DNA of 64,000 nt from Bacteroidota bacterium (GTDB taxonomy: Bacteria; Bacteroidota; Bacteroidia; UBA7662; CANHCV01). The notes under the pieces are model-generated. The model was given only the letters and a program-made list of their open reading frames with translations, ran no database searches and was not told where the DNA came from. The stretch covers positions 25,364 to 89,363 of the forward strand of contig CANHCV010000001.1 in NCBI GenBank assembly GCA_947459245.1, in the 5' to 3' direction. This document shows, piece after piece, positions 44,489 to 53,654 of the stretch. How positions within the stretch are numbered: position 1 is the first letter of the stretch; each line of letters opens with the position of its first letter. A program made the translations under genes and the position numbers.

Positions 44489-45270
44489 TGAACCTCCGAG
44501 TACCAAACGTAATCGCGTTTGGAAAATGATTTTTGGGCCTCCTTCCAACGTTTCTCTACGATCCAGTTGGATGCGAGGCCCAACATCGCTCCATACAATA
44601 CGTCGCTGCTCCAATGATACCCTTGGTAAACTCGCGACAAACCGACCATGGAAGCTAGGCTATAAGCGGCAATTTGTACCCCTTTTTGATCGGGAAACCG
44701 ATGAGCCACCGCAGCCGCAGAAGCAAAAGCAAAACTGGTGTGGCCGGAACAAAAAGATTGATTCTCGGTATGAAAGAATCCGTTTTTTACCGACTCCCAA
44801 CTTAACTTCTCTTTTCCATTGTTGAAAGGCCCCCACCAAAGTCCAGGATCATTGGCCGTTGTATAGGGCCTTTGGCGGTGAAAACCCTGCTTCGGAATTT
44901 GGGTAAGGAGAGATGCCACCACCCCCGATGCCAAACCAATGGTTCCCATATCAACCAACTTTTCATTTTTCAAGGCATAACCCAAAAGGATGGAACCGCC
45001 CATGAACGAAACCGTGTATTTATTTCCAAATGGTTCAATAAGGTTGCGTTCCGTAAATTCCAACCATTCGGTTTGGTTTCGTTGCATCATTCCATTCACC
45101 GAGCGATCAAGAAAGAACGAAGGTACTGCTGCAATAGCGCACACCCCTAACTTCTGCCAGTTGTTTTTTTGTTGAAACGATTGATAAGCAGGAATTTTAA
45201 GGTCGAAATTTTGAGCAAATCCGGCCATGGAAATTCCGCATAGGGATAGAAAAATGAACAGCTTTTTCAC
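44482..45270 (-). CDS. Secreted PAP2-family phosphatase
   Basis: Signal peptide. PAP2 motifs (FCSGHTS, SRVYQGYHWSSDV). Confidence 0.7.
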   Translation of the reverse strand: MKKLFIFLSLCGISMAGFAQNFDLKIPAYQSFQQKNNWQKLGVCAIAAVPSFFLDRSVNGMMQRNQTEWLEFTERNLIEPFGNKYTVSFMGGSILLGYALKNEKLVDMGTIGLASGVVASLLTQIPKQGFHRQRPYTTANDPGLWWGPFNNGKEKLSWESVKNGFFHTENQSFCSGHTSFAFASAAAVAHRFPDQKGVQIAAYSLASMVGLSRVYQGYHWSSDVLYGAMLGLASNWIVEKRWKEAQKSFSKRDYVWYSEVHQ

Positions 45271-46058
45271 GACTCGATGGCGTAAAGAAAAATGGAACTA
45301 GGAGAAGCATCGCTCGCCAAGGGAGCAACGCAAATTTCCAACAAATACCGCCCATCTTCAATCTGCATGGGTACGAAGATCAATTCGGTAATGGTGGCGT
45401 TCATTCTGGGTGCATACGGATAATTCCACCAGGCTTTGTGGGCCAACAACAAACCAGCATCTTCCTCCCGATCAACCGAAGGGGTATCGCACAAAAGATG
45501 CTGATAACCTCTTTCTCGCAAATATTCCGTGGCACCGGGTGAGAAATAAATGGGATTATGGCCCGAGTAATTGGCCGTTTTCTTGGACTCGTTATTGGGC
45601 AGTGTTCGAATCACAATGGCCTCGGATGATTCGGCCCAAAGCACCTGTTCCAACGAACTTTTGGTAATGATTTGATCTCCTTTTTTGGAGGTTGTTCCTG
45701 GGATATCTTCTTCCAAAACCTCGGGTGTGACCGAAATTAAATCGGCAGTAAAGTGGGTTTTGGAGAGGGAATCACGAATGAATCTGCGCTCGGTGGTAAG
45801 GTGACCCACGCATTCGGTGTGCGTACCCTGTCCGTGAGGCGTAAGGGTAAGCACCTCGCAATTGCAAGATCCACCCTCGGCAACGGAACCCACGTAAGAA
45901 CCAACACGCAAAGGAGCAAACGTTGGTTGTTCAATGTAAAAACATTGCGGGTTGCCCGCTTCAAAATTGAGCGGCAAATGAATTGAAATGGGTGCTGAAA
46001 AATCTACAGAACAGCTTTTATTCCATAAGGTGAAGGTCGCTTTCATCGTTTTCTCCAA
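45267..46058 (-). CDS. Putative cyclase / arylformamidase-family protein
   Basis: HxGTHxD-type motif (HGQGTHTECVGH). ~260 aa. The true start may be an internal ATG. Confidence 0.55.
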   Translation of the reverse strand: MEKTMKATFTLWNKSCSVDFSAPISIHLPLNFEAGNPQCFYIEQPTFAPLRVGSYVGSVAEGGSCNCEVLTLTPHGQGTHTECVGHLTTERRFIRDSLSKTHFTADLISVTPEVLEEDIPGTTSKKGDQIITKSSLEQVLWAESSEAIVIRTLPNNESKKTANYSGHNPIYFSPGATEYLRERGYQHLLCDTPSVDREEDAGLLLAHKAWWNYPYAPRMNATITELIFVPMQIEDGRYLLEICVAPLASDASPSSIFLYAIES

Positions 46059-47766
46059 AAAGTTGACTAAAATATCGGGTAAATCCTGCGGTATCTAAAC
46101 CGAGGAGGTGGTGCAATTCTTCTAATTTTCCGTGTTCGATGAACTGATCGGGAATTCCAATCGTGAAAACCTGATTAACTTTTCCGCGGTTGGAAACCCA
46201 TTGTTGAACAATGGAGCCAAAGCCCCCATTCAACGAACCGTCTTCAACCGTTACCCAAATGGGGGCTTCTTTAGAAAGTTCTTCTAACAGAGCCTCATCC
46301 AAAGGTTTAGCAAATCGCATATCTACAACGGTTACTTCACTTTCTAGAGTAGAAACCGCTTCCAACACGGAATGAAGAAAAGCTCCGTAAACGAGTACAG
46401 CCACTCCAGAAGTACCGGTTTGAACACGGTTAGCTTTGCCCAATGGAAGGGTTTGAAACGTTGAATTTTCGGGAATGGCCACTGGGATTTTTGAACGGGG
46501 ATAGCGAATCGCCGAAGGCAAATCCCATTCCACTGCCGAATAAAGTAAGTTTCGTAGTTCCATTCCATCCGATGGAGCGGCTAGAATCATTTGAGGAATC
46601 GCGTTCAAAGCTGCAATGTCGTAAACCCCGTGATGAGTAGGGCCGTCTTCTCCTACCAATCCGGCTCGATCTACTGCAAAAATCACAGGCAATTGCTGAA
46701 GAGCTACATCGTGAATCAATTGGTCATACCCGCGTTGAAGGAAAGTGGAGTAAATGGATAAAACCGGACGGATTCCCTGGGTGGCCAAGCCAGCAGCAAA
46801 GGTTACGGCATGCTGCTCGGTAATTCCGGTATCAAAAAAACGATCGGGAAATTTTTCTTGGAATTCCAACAAATTCGATCCCGAAGTCATGGCCGGCGTA
46901 ATGGAAACCAATCGGGGAAAAGATTGAGCTAGTTCCACCACCGTTCTACCAAAAACTTGCTGATAAGTGGGCAAATCGGTGGTGTTTTTAGGCTCCAACG
47001 TGCCGGTAATTTTATCAAACTTACCGGGAGCATGCCAACGGGTTTGTTCCAATTCTGCCGGCTCAAACCCTTTCCCTTTTACGGTTTTCACGTGCAAAAC
47101 AAAAGGCCGTTGGGAATAATCATGTTGCCAAAGTTCCAAAGCATCCAAAATTTCATCGATGGAATGCCCATCAATCGGCCCGTGGTAATTCAAACCAAGC
47201 GAATCGAAAAACTCAGCCGATAAGGAAATCCCAACCGTTGGATCGATGGAGATCTGGTTGTCGTTCACCACCACCAACACCGGCGATTGCAGGTGCGCAA
47301 GGTGGTTGAGTGCTTCGTAAGCCTGACCCGCCGTTAAGGCCCCATCGCCGATCACCGCAACAACTTTTCGATTTTGATGGGTTATTCGTTGGGCTTCCGC
47401 TATGCCAATCGCAGCGGAAATGGAGGTGGATGAGTGCCCAACGCCGAATGCATCGTACTCCGATTCTAACCGCTTGGGGAAACCCGAAATTCCACCCAAC
47501 TTGCGGTTGGTTGAAAATCGCTCCTTCCGATCCGAGAGAATTTTATGGGCGTAGGCCTGGTGTCCAACGTCCCAAATAAGCTGGTCGTGAGGGAGTTGCA
47601 AAAAATAATGCAGGGCAACGGTGAGTTCAACAACTCCCAAATTTGCGGCAAAATGTCCACCTTGTTGGGAAACCCGATCGATGATGAATTGCCGCAAATC
47701 GTTGGCAATCCCCTTCAATTCGTTGGGGGAAAGTTGCTTCAGTGGAGGAGGAGAAAAATCGATCAT
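46018..47766 (-). CDS. dxs: 1-deoxy-D-xylulose-5-phosphate synthase
   Basis: TPP-binding GDG motif (AVIGDGALTAG), transketolase-like domains, conserved His (HQAYAHK). Confidence 0.9.
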   Translation of the reverse strand: MIDFSPPPLKQLSPNELKGIANDLRQFIIDRVSQQGGHFAANLGVVELTVALHYFLQLPHDQLIWDVGHQAYAHKILSDRKERFSTNRKLGGISGFPKRLESEYDAFGVGHSSTSISAAIGIAEAQRITHQNRKVVAVIGDGALTAGQAYEALNHLAHLQSPVLVVVNDNQISIDPTVGISLSAEFFDSLGLNYHGPIDGHSIDEILDALELWQHDYSQRPFVLHVKTVKGKGFEPAELEQTRWHAPGKFDKITGTLEPKNTTDLPTYQQVFGRTVVELAQSFPRLVSITPAMTSGSNLLEFQEKFPDRFFDTGITEQHAVTFAAGLATQGIRPVLSIYSTFLQRGYDQLIHDVALQQLPVIFAVDRAGLVGEDGPTHHGVYDIAALNAIPQMILAAPSDGMELRNLLYSAVEWDLPSAIRYPRSKIPVAIPENSTFQTLPLGKANRVQTGTSGVAVLVYGAFLHSVLEAVSTLESEVTVVDMRFAKPLDEALLEELSKEAPIWVTVEDGSLNGGFGSIVQQWVSNRGKVNQVFTIGIPDQFIEHGKLEELHHLLGLDTAGFTRYFSQLFGENDESDLHLME

Positions 47767-48614
47767 GCTTGGTCCAAATGGAACGACAAAAGAGCTTCCA
47801 ATGGTCTAGAAACAACGTTTCCCATGCTTAGTTTGCGGGTATCCAATTGTTCCCTGATTTGTTCTTGGAAGGCAAAGGCAACCGATCCGGCAAAATGAAT
47901 CTTGCTATCTTCAGGTAAAATGGCCGGATCGATGAATCGATTTAAAAACAAATTGATGCCGTTCATCACCAAAGAAGTGCAATAAGCATGAGCAAAATGG
48001 TGATGGCAAAAAGGCGCGAACGATGCCAAATAGGCATTGGGTGCTTGCGATCGGTACAGCCTCGAAATCACTTCCTGGTAATCGATGGCGTACTCCTCCA
48101 AAAATGCATCCCTCAACCCAACTGGCATCCTTCCATAGAAATAATCCGAAAGCAATTTTCGGCCAATCCAGTTTCCCGATCCCTCATCTCCCAAAATAAA
48201 ACCAAGGGATGGCACAAATGGCGTAAACTGCCGATCACCATCAAAAAACCCGGCATTTGCACCGGTTCCAATGATTCCAACGATTCCCGGATTCTTACCG
48301 CAGCACGCCCGTGAGGCGGCCAACGTATCGGGGTAAATTTCGATGGAAGCATTGTAAAAAAAACCTTGAAAAACAATTTTCAAACGATTCACCGCATCCT
48401 TGTTTCCGCAACCCGCACCATAAAAAAACACTTGGGTAATTTGAATGGCAGATTTCACCAAAAGGGGTTGCTCCTCCACCAATTCGGTTATTTCCTCAAT
48501 GGATAGCAGCAGCGGATTGATTCCAGAAGTCGTAAATGAATTTCGTTCTCCGTGTTCATTCACCAACATCCAATCGGTTTTGGTGGAACCGCTTTCCGCT
48601 AACAATTTGATCAT
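47763..48614 (-). CDS. BadF/BadG/BcrA/BcrD-type ATPase (N-acetylglucosamine kinase-like)
   Basis: ASKHA-fold phosphate-1 motif (LLAESGSTKTDW). ~283 aa. 4-bp overlap with dxs. Confidence 0.65.
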   Translation of the reverse strand: MIKLLAESGSTKTDWMLVNEHGERNSFTTSGINPLLLSIEEITELVEEQPLLVKSAIQITQVFFYGAGCGNKDAVNRLKIVFQGFFYNASIEIYPDTLAASRACCGKNPGIVGIIGTGANAGFFDGDRQFTPFVPSLGFILGDEGSGNWIGRKLLSDYFYGRMPVGLRDAFLEEYAIDYQEVISRLYRSQAPNAYLASFAPFCHHHFAHAYCTSLVMNGINLFLNRFIDPAILPEDSKIHFAGSVAFAFQEQIREQLDTRKLSMGNVVSRPLEALLSFHLDQA

Positions 48615-48741
48615 GTACGAAGGTACGCAAGTTTCAAAACTTTTTCAGATGTTAATGCTCGGTAAACTTCTTAAGAAAACGTTAATCACATTGGTTGAAC
48701 CCTTGTTCGTTTTCATTTTTGTAGACCAAAAAAACTGCGAA

Positions 48742-49809
48742 ATGACTTTCAAATTCAAATATATTTTCTTTTCCATTCTTTTTTCTATTGGCTTTTCGAA
48801 GGTTAGCTTTTCCCAGGTTCCTTCCGAAGGAGATACCATTTGGTTCAGAGGTAAAAAGATTGTTTTGAAAAAAGATTATACTTGGCAATTTGTTGAACCC
48901 AAACCGGCTCCTACCCCGAAGCCCACTCCAACACCCGATCGGGAACGTGTGGTAGTAAAGCCCGAAAAAACCAAGGATAAGGAAGTGGTAGCAGATGTTT
49001 TTGCCTGCGATTCGGTTTTCAACATGAAATGGGAAACGAATAAAATCATTTCTTTCCGAGATGTTTCCAGCGCACATGCCTTTCCCGATCAGATTTCGGT
49101 AGGAAAAGCCGTGATTCCCGTTGCCGGACGCGTTTATCGCGGTGTGAGTGGCGGCCACAAAGGAATGGACGTTGGACTTCGTTTGGGCGACACCGTGGTG
49201 GCCGCCTTCAGTGGAAAAATTCGCCACGCCGCCTACAATTCCGGCGGATTTGGCAACCTGGTTATCATTCGCCACTGCAACGGCATGGAGTCGTATTACG
49301 CTCACCTCAGTAAAATTTTGGTAGATATCAACGACGAAGTGAAAGAAGGGCAAGTCATTGGATTGGGCGGAAGTACCGGACGTTCGGTTTCTCCTCACCT
49401 CCACTTTGAGATGCGTTATTTGGATCGTGTTTTGAATCCTTTGGAGGTTTTCGATTTCACAACGGGAGACGTCATTGGCAATCGAGTGACCATCCCCGAA
49501 GGAGGTTATACCCCAAGTTATGTGTTTAACACGTTGAAAAACACCGAAGCCATGGCCATTGGTGAACAGGAAGAAGAAGATGCTCCTACTCAGGAAATTG
49601 CTCCAGCACGATCAACCACTCCAAAACCAAAACCTGCTCAACCCAAACCTCAAAATACTGCCGGTTCGAAATACCATACCTTGGCCAAAGGTGAAAACCT
49701 TTCAACCGTAGCTAAAAAATACGGCACAACGGTTGACCAGCTTTGTAAAATGAACGGCATCAGCAAAACCACCAAGATTTACGCTGGAAAAAAACTTCGA
49801 GTGAAGTAA
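48742..49809 (+). CDS. M23-family peptidase with a C-terminal LysM domain
   Basis: ATG at 48742 with signal peptide. M23 motifs (HKGMDV, HLHFEM). Pro/Thr-rich linker, then LysM (YHTLAKGENLSTVAKKYGTTVDQLCKMNGI). Confidence 0.8.
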   Translation: MTFKFKYIFFSILFSIGFSKVSFSQVPSEGDTIWFRGKKIVLKKDYTWQFVEPKPAPTPKPTPTPDRERVVVKPEKTKDKEVVADVFACDSVFNMKWETNKIISFRDVSSAHAFPDQISVGKAVIPVAGRVYRGVSGGHKGMDVGLRLGDTVVAAFSGKIRHAAYNSGGFGNLVIIRHCNGMESYYAHLSKILVDINDEVKEGQVIGLGGSTGRSVSPHLHFEMRYLDRVLNPLEVFDFTTGDVIGNRVTIPEGGYTPSYVFNTLKNTEAMAIGEQEEEDAPTQEIAPARSTTPKPKPAQPKPQNTAGSKYHTLAKGENLSTVAKKYGTTVDQLCKMNGISKTTKIYAGKKLRVK

Positions 49810-49829
49810 AAAAACAGTAATTTTGGGGT

Positions 49830-51320
49830 GTGAAAAAGCTTCTTTATTTTTTCTTTCTGTTGGGGTTCATCGCTTGTAAGGATTCTATTCAAGGAGATAA
49901 ATTACCTAATAAAAAACCCGAAACGTCGCTTCCAACCGATACCATCATCCGCTTTGGTAGCGATCGGTACAACACCAATGTTTTTTTGCAATGGAACGGT
50001 GATGACGCCGATGGCGTAGTTGTGGGTTACGAATTTACGTTTGATAGCATCCTCAACGAAGCTACCGTTTGGAATTACACCACGCGTACCGATTCGGTTT
50101 TCCCCATGCAGATTCCTTTAGGGAACGATTCTCTAAATTTTGTATTTTCTGTTCGTGCCATCGATAACGAAGGAGAAAAAGATCCCACGCCGGCCCGATT
50201 TTGGGTACCCATTAAAAACAGCGCCCCAAGCATCCGGTTTATCTTCAAATCGAACTCTGGAAATCCCTTAGCGGGAGGCAATCCTTCGTTTACCATCAGC
50301 CATTTGCGGTACACGTGGGAAGCCACTGATGAGGACGGTTTTTCCAACATTGCTTCCATTGAGTTTTGTTTGAACGATACCAATGGCACAGCGTTTCCCA
50401 TCGATCCCAAATACAGCAGTGCCACCATTCGCGCATTTTTGGCCGGTGGATCGAACCAAAACTGCGAGGTCATTCCCGGCGCAGCGATCAATCCGCTTCC
50501 TCAAAAATTGAACGGACTTATTCCCAACGATTCCAACGTGCTTTACATTCGCGCTACCGACAAATCCGGTGCAAAATCGGCCTGGGTAGGTTCTCCGAAA
50601 GTAAAAGTGGCAATTCCCACAGGCCGGTTGTTGTTGGTTAATTCCAATAACGCACCCGATGCAGCGGCCGAAAATTTTATGAAAAGCCAAATTCAAGGTC
50701 AAAACATTGCCTTCGATTTTCTACCGCTTTTCAAAAAGGTGAACGGTCAATACCAGTACCTCGCTGCCGATGCCAAAACACAAGGTCAAATTTTCAACCT
50801 GTACGATGCCATCGTTTGGTTTGGCGATGATTTGGAGCAATCGCTTGCATTTGCACAAGCCACCACCGCCGACTTTGTTAGCAAGGGCGGACACTTATTC
50901 TTGAGCGCGTTTACCCCAAGTTCATCCAACATTCAAAGCCCGTCGTTTGCCTTCAGCCCCATCGATTCATTGATTCCAACCAAAGTAGGTTTTACTCAAT
51001 TGCTTACCGATACTTCTACGTTGGTTCCATTAAGTTCAGGCCTACCAACCTTGAAATACCAACAATTTCTTTCAGGCGGACGATACATGAAATTGGTGGG
51101 AGGTTCAACACCTTGGTACCATGCTCATTTCTTGATGAGGAATAACAACAATTTTAGCACGAGCATCATCGCTCAAACGGCAACAGTTTTAGGCATGAAA
51201 ACCAACCCCGCAACCGGAAGTAAGTTCGTTATTAGCACGTTAGAGATGAACCAATTGAATGGAAATAACAACATTCAAACGGTGTTTCAAAAAATATTAA
51301 AACAGGAGTTTGGGTTATGA
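49830..51320 (+). CDS. Hypothetical lipoprotein (496 aa)
   Basis: GTG start. Lipobox LLGFIAC. No recognisable catalytic motifs. Confidence 0.45.
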   Translation: MKKLLYFFFLLGFIACKDSIQGDKLPNKKPETSLPTDTIIRFGSDRYNTNVFLQWNGDDADGVVVGYEFTFDSILNEATVWNYTTRTDSVFPMQIPLGNDSLNFVFSVRAIDNEGEKDPTPARFWVPIKNSAPSIRFIFKSNSGNPLAGGNPSFTISHLRYTWEATDEDGFSNIASIEFCLNDTNGTAFPIDPKYSSATIRAFLAGGSNQNCEVIPGAAINPLPQKLNGLIPNDSNVLYIRATDKSGAKSAWVGSPKVKVAIPTGRLLLVNSNNAPDAAAENFMKSQIQGQNIAFDFLPLFKKVNGQYQYLAADAKTQGQIFNLYDAIVWFGDDLEQSLAFAQATTADFVSKGGHLFLSAFTPSSSNIQSPSFAFSPIDSLIPTKVGFTQLLTDTSTLVPLSSGLPTLKYQQFLSGGRYMKLVGGSTPWYHAHFLMRNNNNFSTSIIAQTATVLGMKTNPATGSKFVISTLEMNQLNGNNNIQTVFQKILKQEFGL

Positions 51321-51898
51321 ACCGCATGCCCCAAATTGCCATTTTCGCATCCGGAAGCGGAAGCAATGCCGAAAACATTATTCAGCATTTTAAAAAGACG
51401 CGCACGGCCAAAGTTGCATTGATCATTTGCAACAACCCCAAGGCCGGCGTTATCGAGCGCGCCCATCGTTTGCGAATTCCTTTGGTAACCATCAGTCGGC
51501 GCGCCTACGAAAACAGTAATTTATTGCTGCACACGCTCCAAACCGAAGAAATTGACTTCGTTGTTCTGGCTGGGTTTCTTTGGAAAATCCCCGCAGCCGT
51601 TTGCGAGGCCTACCCTCAAAAAATGATCAACATCCACCCTGCCCTTCTTCCAAAATTCGGCGGCAAAGGCATGTACGGAATGAATGTTCACCGCGCCGTT
51701 CTCGAAGCAAAAGAGAAAGAAAGTGGAATTACGGTTCATTGGGTTAACGAACATTACGACGAAGGCGACATCATCTTTCAAAAAAGCATTTCTACCGCAG
51801 ATTGCACTTCTGCCGAAGATTTGGCCCAAAAAATTCATGAATTGGAGTACGAATTTTTCCCAGGAGTTATCGAGGAACAAATAAGTTTGATTCCATAA
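51317..51898 (+). CDS. purN: Phosphoribosylglycinamide formyltransferase
   Basis: Conserved GSGSN N-terminus, the NIHPALLPKFGG motif, and active-site D/H. Confidence 0.9.
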   Translation: MNRMPQIAIFASGSGSNAENIIQHFKKTRTAKVALIICNNPKAGVIERAHRLRIPLVTISRRAYENSNLLLHTLQTEEIDFVVLAGFLWKIPAAVCEAYPQKMINIHPALLPKFGGKGMYGMNVHRAVLEAKEKESGITVHWVNEHYDEGDIIFQKSISTADCTSAEDLAQKIHELEYEFFPGVIEEQISLIP

Positions 51899-51925
51899 AA
51901 AAGGCGGCCAATGGCCGCCTTTTCA
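51899..51925. terminator. Bidirectional terminator between convergent purN and hutU
   Basis: AAAAAAGGCGGCCAATGGCCGCCTTTT. Confidence 0.7.
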
Positions 51926-51926
51926 T

Positions 51927-53603
51927 TTATTTCAATCGTTCACGAATATCCAAATGGTGTTTCCTAGCGGTATCTAAGGCAATGTCGTAACCGGCATCCA
52001 TGTGTCGAATTACTCCCATTCCTGGGTCATTGTTCAAGACACGTTTCAGGCGACGAGCGGCATCCTCGGTACCATCGGCAACGATCACCATTCCGCTGTG
52101 AATGGAATATCCCATTCCAACTCCGCCTCCGTGGTGCAAACTCACCCAGCTAGCTCCTCCAGCGGTATTCACCAAGGCATTGAGAATGGGCCAATCGGCA
52201 ACGGCATCCGACCCATCCAACATGGCTTCTGTTTCCCGATTGGGTGAAGCTACGGAACCGGTATCCAAATGGTCGCGACCAATAACAATGGGCGCTTTAA
52301 CCTTTCCGGTTCGAACCAATTCGTTGAAGGCAAGGCCCGCCTTTTCGCGATCTCCTTGACCAATCCAACAAATTCGGGCGGGCAATCCTTGGAAAGCAAT
52401 GCGTTCTTGTGCCATTTTGATCCAGCGGTGCAACCCTTGGTTTTCGGGGAACAATTCCAACATCAATTCATCGGTTACACGAATATCTTCAGGGTCTCCG
52501 CTTAGGGCCGCCCAACGGAACGGTCCTTTTCCTTCGCAAAAAAGCGGACGGATGTAGGCAGGAACGAAGCCTGGAAAATCGAAAGCATTTTTAACGCCGC
52601 GTTCCAATGCGCGACCTCTTAAATTGTTACCGTAATCGAATGTAATGGCGCCTCGGCTTTGTAACTCGAGCATTAACTTCACGTGCAATGCCATGGCATC
52701 GTAACTCAAATCGATGTATTTGGCAGGATCTGATTCCCGCAATGCATTGGCGGCTTCATTCGACATTCCTTGAGGAAGGTATCCAACCAATGGATCGTGA
52801 GCCGAAGTTTGATCGGTCAAAACATCGGGAGTAATGTTGCGATCAATGAGGCGTTGCAACAAATCTACAGCGGTGCAAATCACCCCGATGGATTTGTTGA
52901 TGCCTTGAGCTCGGTATTCCAAAGCGCGGTCGATAGCGCGGTCGATATCGTGTTCAATTTCATCCAGATAACGGGTTTCAACGCGTTTTTGCGCCCTCCA
53001 CTCTTCAACCTCGGCGGCCAAACAAACGCCATCGGCCATGGTTACTGCCAAGGGCTGCGCACCGCCCATTCCACCCAATCCGGCTGTTACCGATAGCGTA
53101 CCTTTTAGACTTCCACCGAAGTGCTTTTCTGCAACTGCGTTGAAGGTTTCGTACGTTCCTTGAACAATGCCTTGGGAACCGATGTAAATCCATGATCCTG
53201 CGGTCATCTGACCGTACATCATCAAACCTTTCTTTTCCAATTCATCGAAATGTTCCCAATTGGCCCAATTTCCAACCAACTGAGAATTCGAGATCAGTAC
53301 CCGGGGAGCATCTTTGTGGGTAGGAAGAATGGCAACCGGCTTCCCCGACTGAACCAAGAGGGTTTCATCTTCATTCAAATCTTTCAGGGCTTTCACAATC
53401 AGATGAAAACTTTCTACGTTTCGGGCTGCTTTTCCGCGACCTCCGTAAACGATTAAATCTTCGGGCCGCTCGGCAACCTCTGGATCTAAATTATTGTACA
53501 ACATGCGAAGGGCGGCCTCTTGAACCCATCCTTTGCAGTTCAGTTTTGTTCCTGTTGGCGTAACCAATTCGGAAAGCGATAATTTATCGTTCGAAGTATT
53601 CAT
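51927..53603 (-). CDS. hutU: Urocanate hydratase
   Basis: 558 aa with the urocanase NAD-binding GGxGxxG region and conserved family sequence throughout. Confidence 0.9.
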   Translation of the reverse strand: MNTSNDKLSLSELVTPTGTKLNCKGWVQEAALRMLYNNLDPEVAERPEDLIVYGGRGKAARNVESFHLIVKALKDLNEDETLLVQSGKPVAILPTHKDAPRVLISNSQLVGNWANWEHFDELEKKGLMMYGQMTAGSWIYIGSQGIVQGTYETFNAVAEKHFGGSLKGTLSVTAGLGGMGGAQPLAVTMADGVCLAAEVEEWRAQKRVETRYLDEIEHDIDRAIDRALEYRAQGINKSIGVICTAVDLLQRLIDRNITPDVLTDQTSAHDPLVGYLPQGMSNEAANALRESDPAKYIDLSYDAMALHVKLMLELQSRGAITFDYGNNLRGRALERGVKNAFDFPGFVPAYIRPLFCEGKGPFRWAALSGDPEDIRVTDELMLELFPENQGLHRWIKMAQERIAFQGLPARICWIGQGDREKAGLAFNELVRTGKVKAPIVIGRDHLDTGSVASPNRETEAMLDGSDAVADWPILNALVNTAGGASWVSLHHGGGVGMGYSIHSGMVIVADGTEDAARRLKRVLNNDPGMGVIRHMDAGYDIALDTARKHHLDIRERLK

Positions 53604-53654
53604 ATCCTAAAAAGTTCTGGAGAGAAAAATTGTTTGCAAAGATAGCCGATTTTC

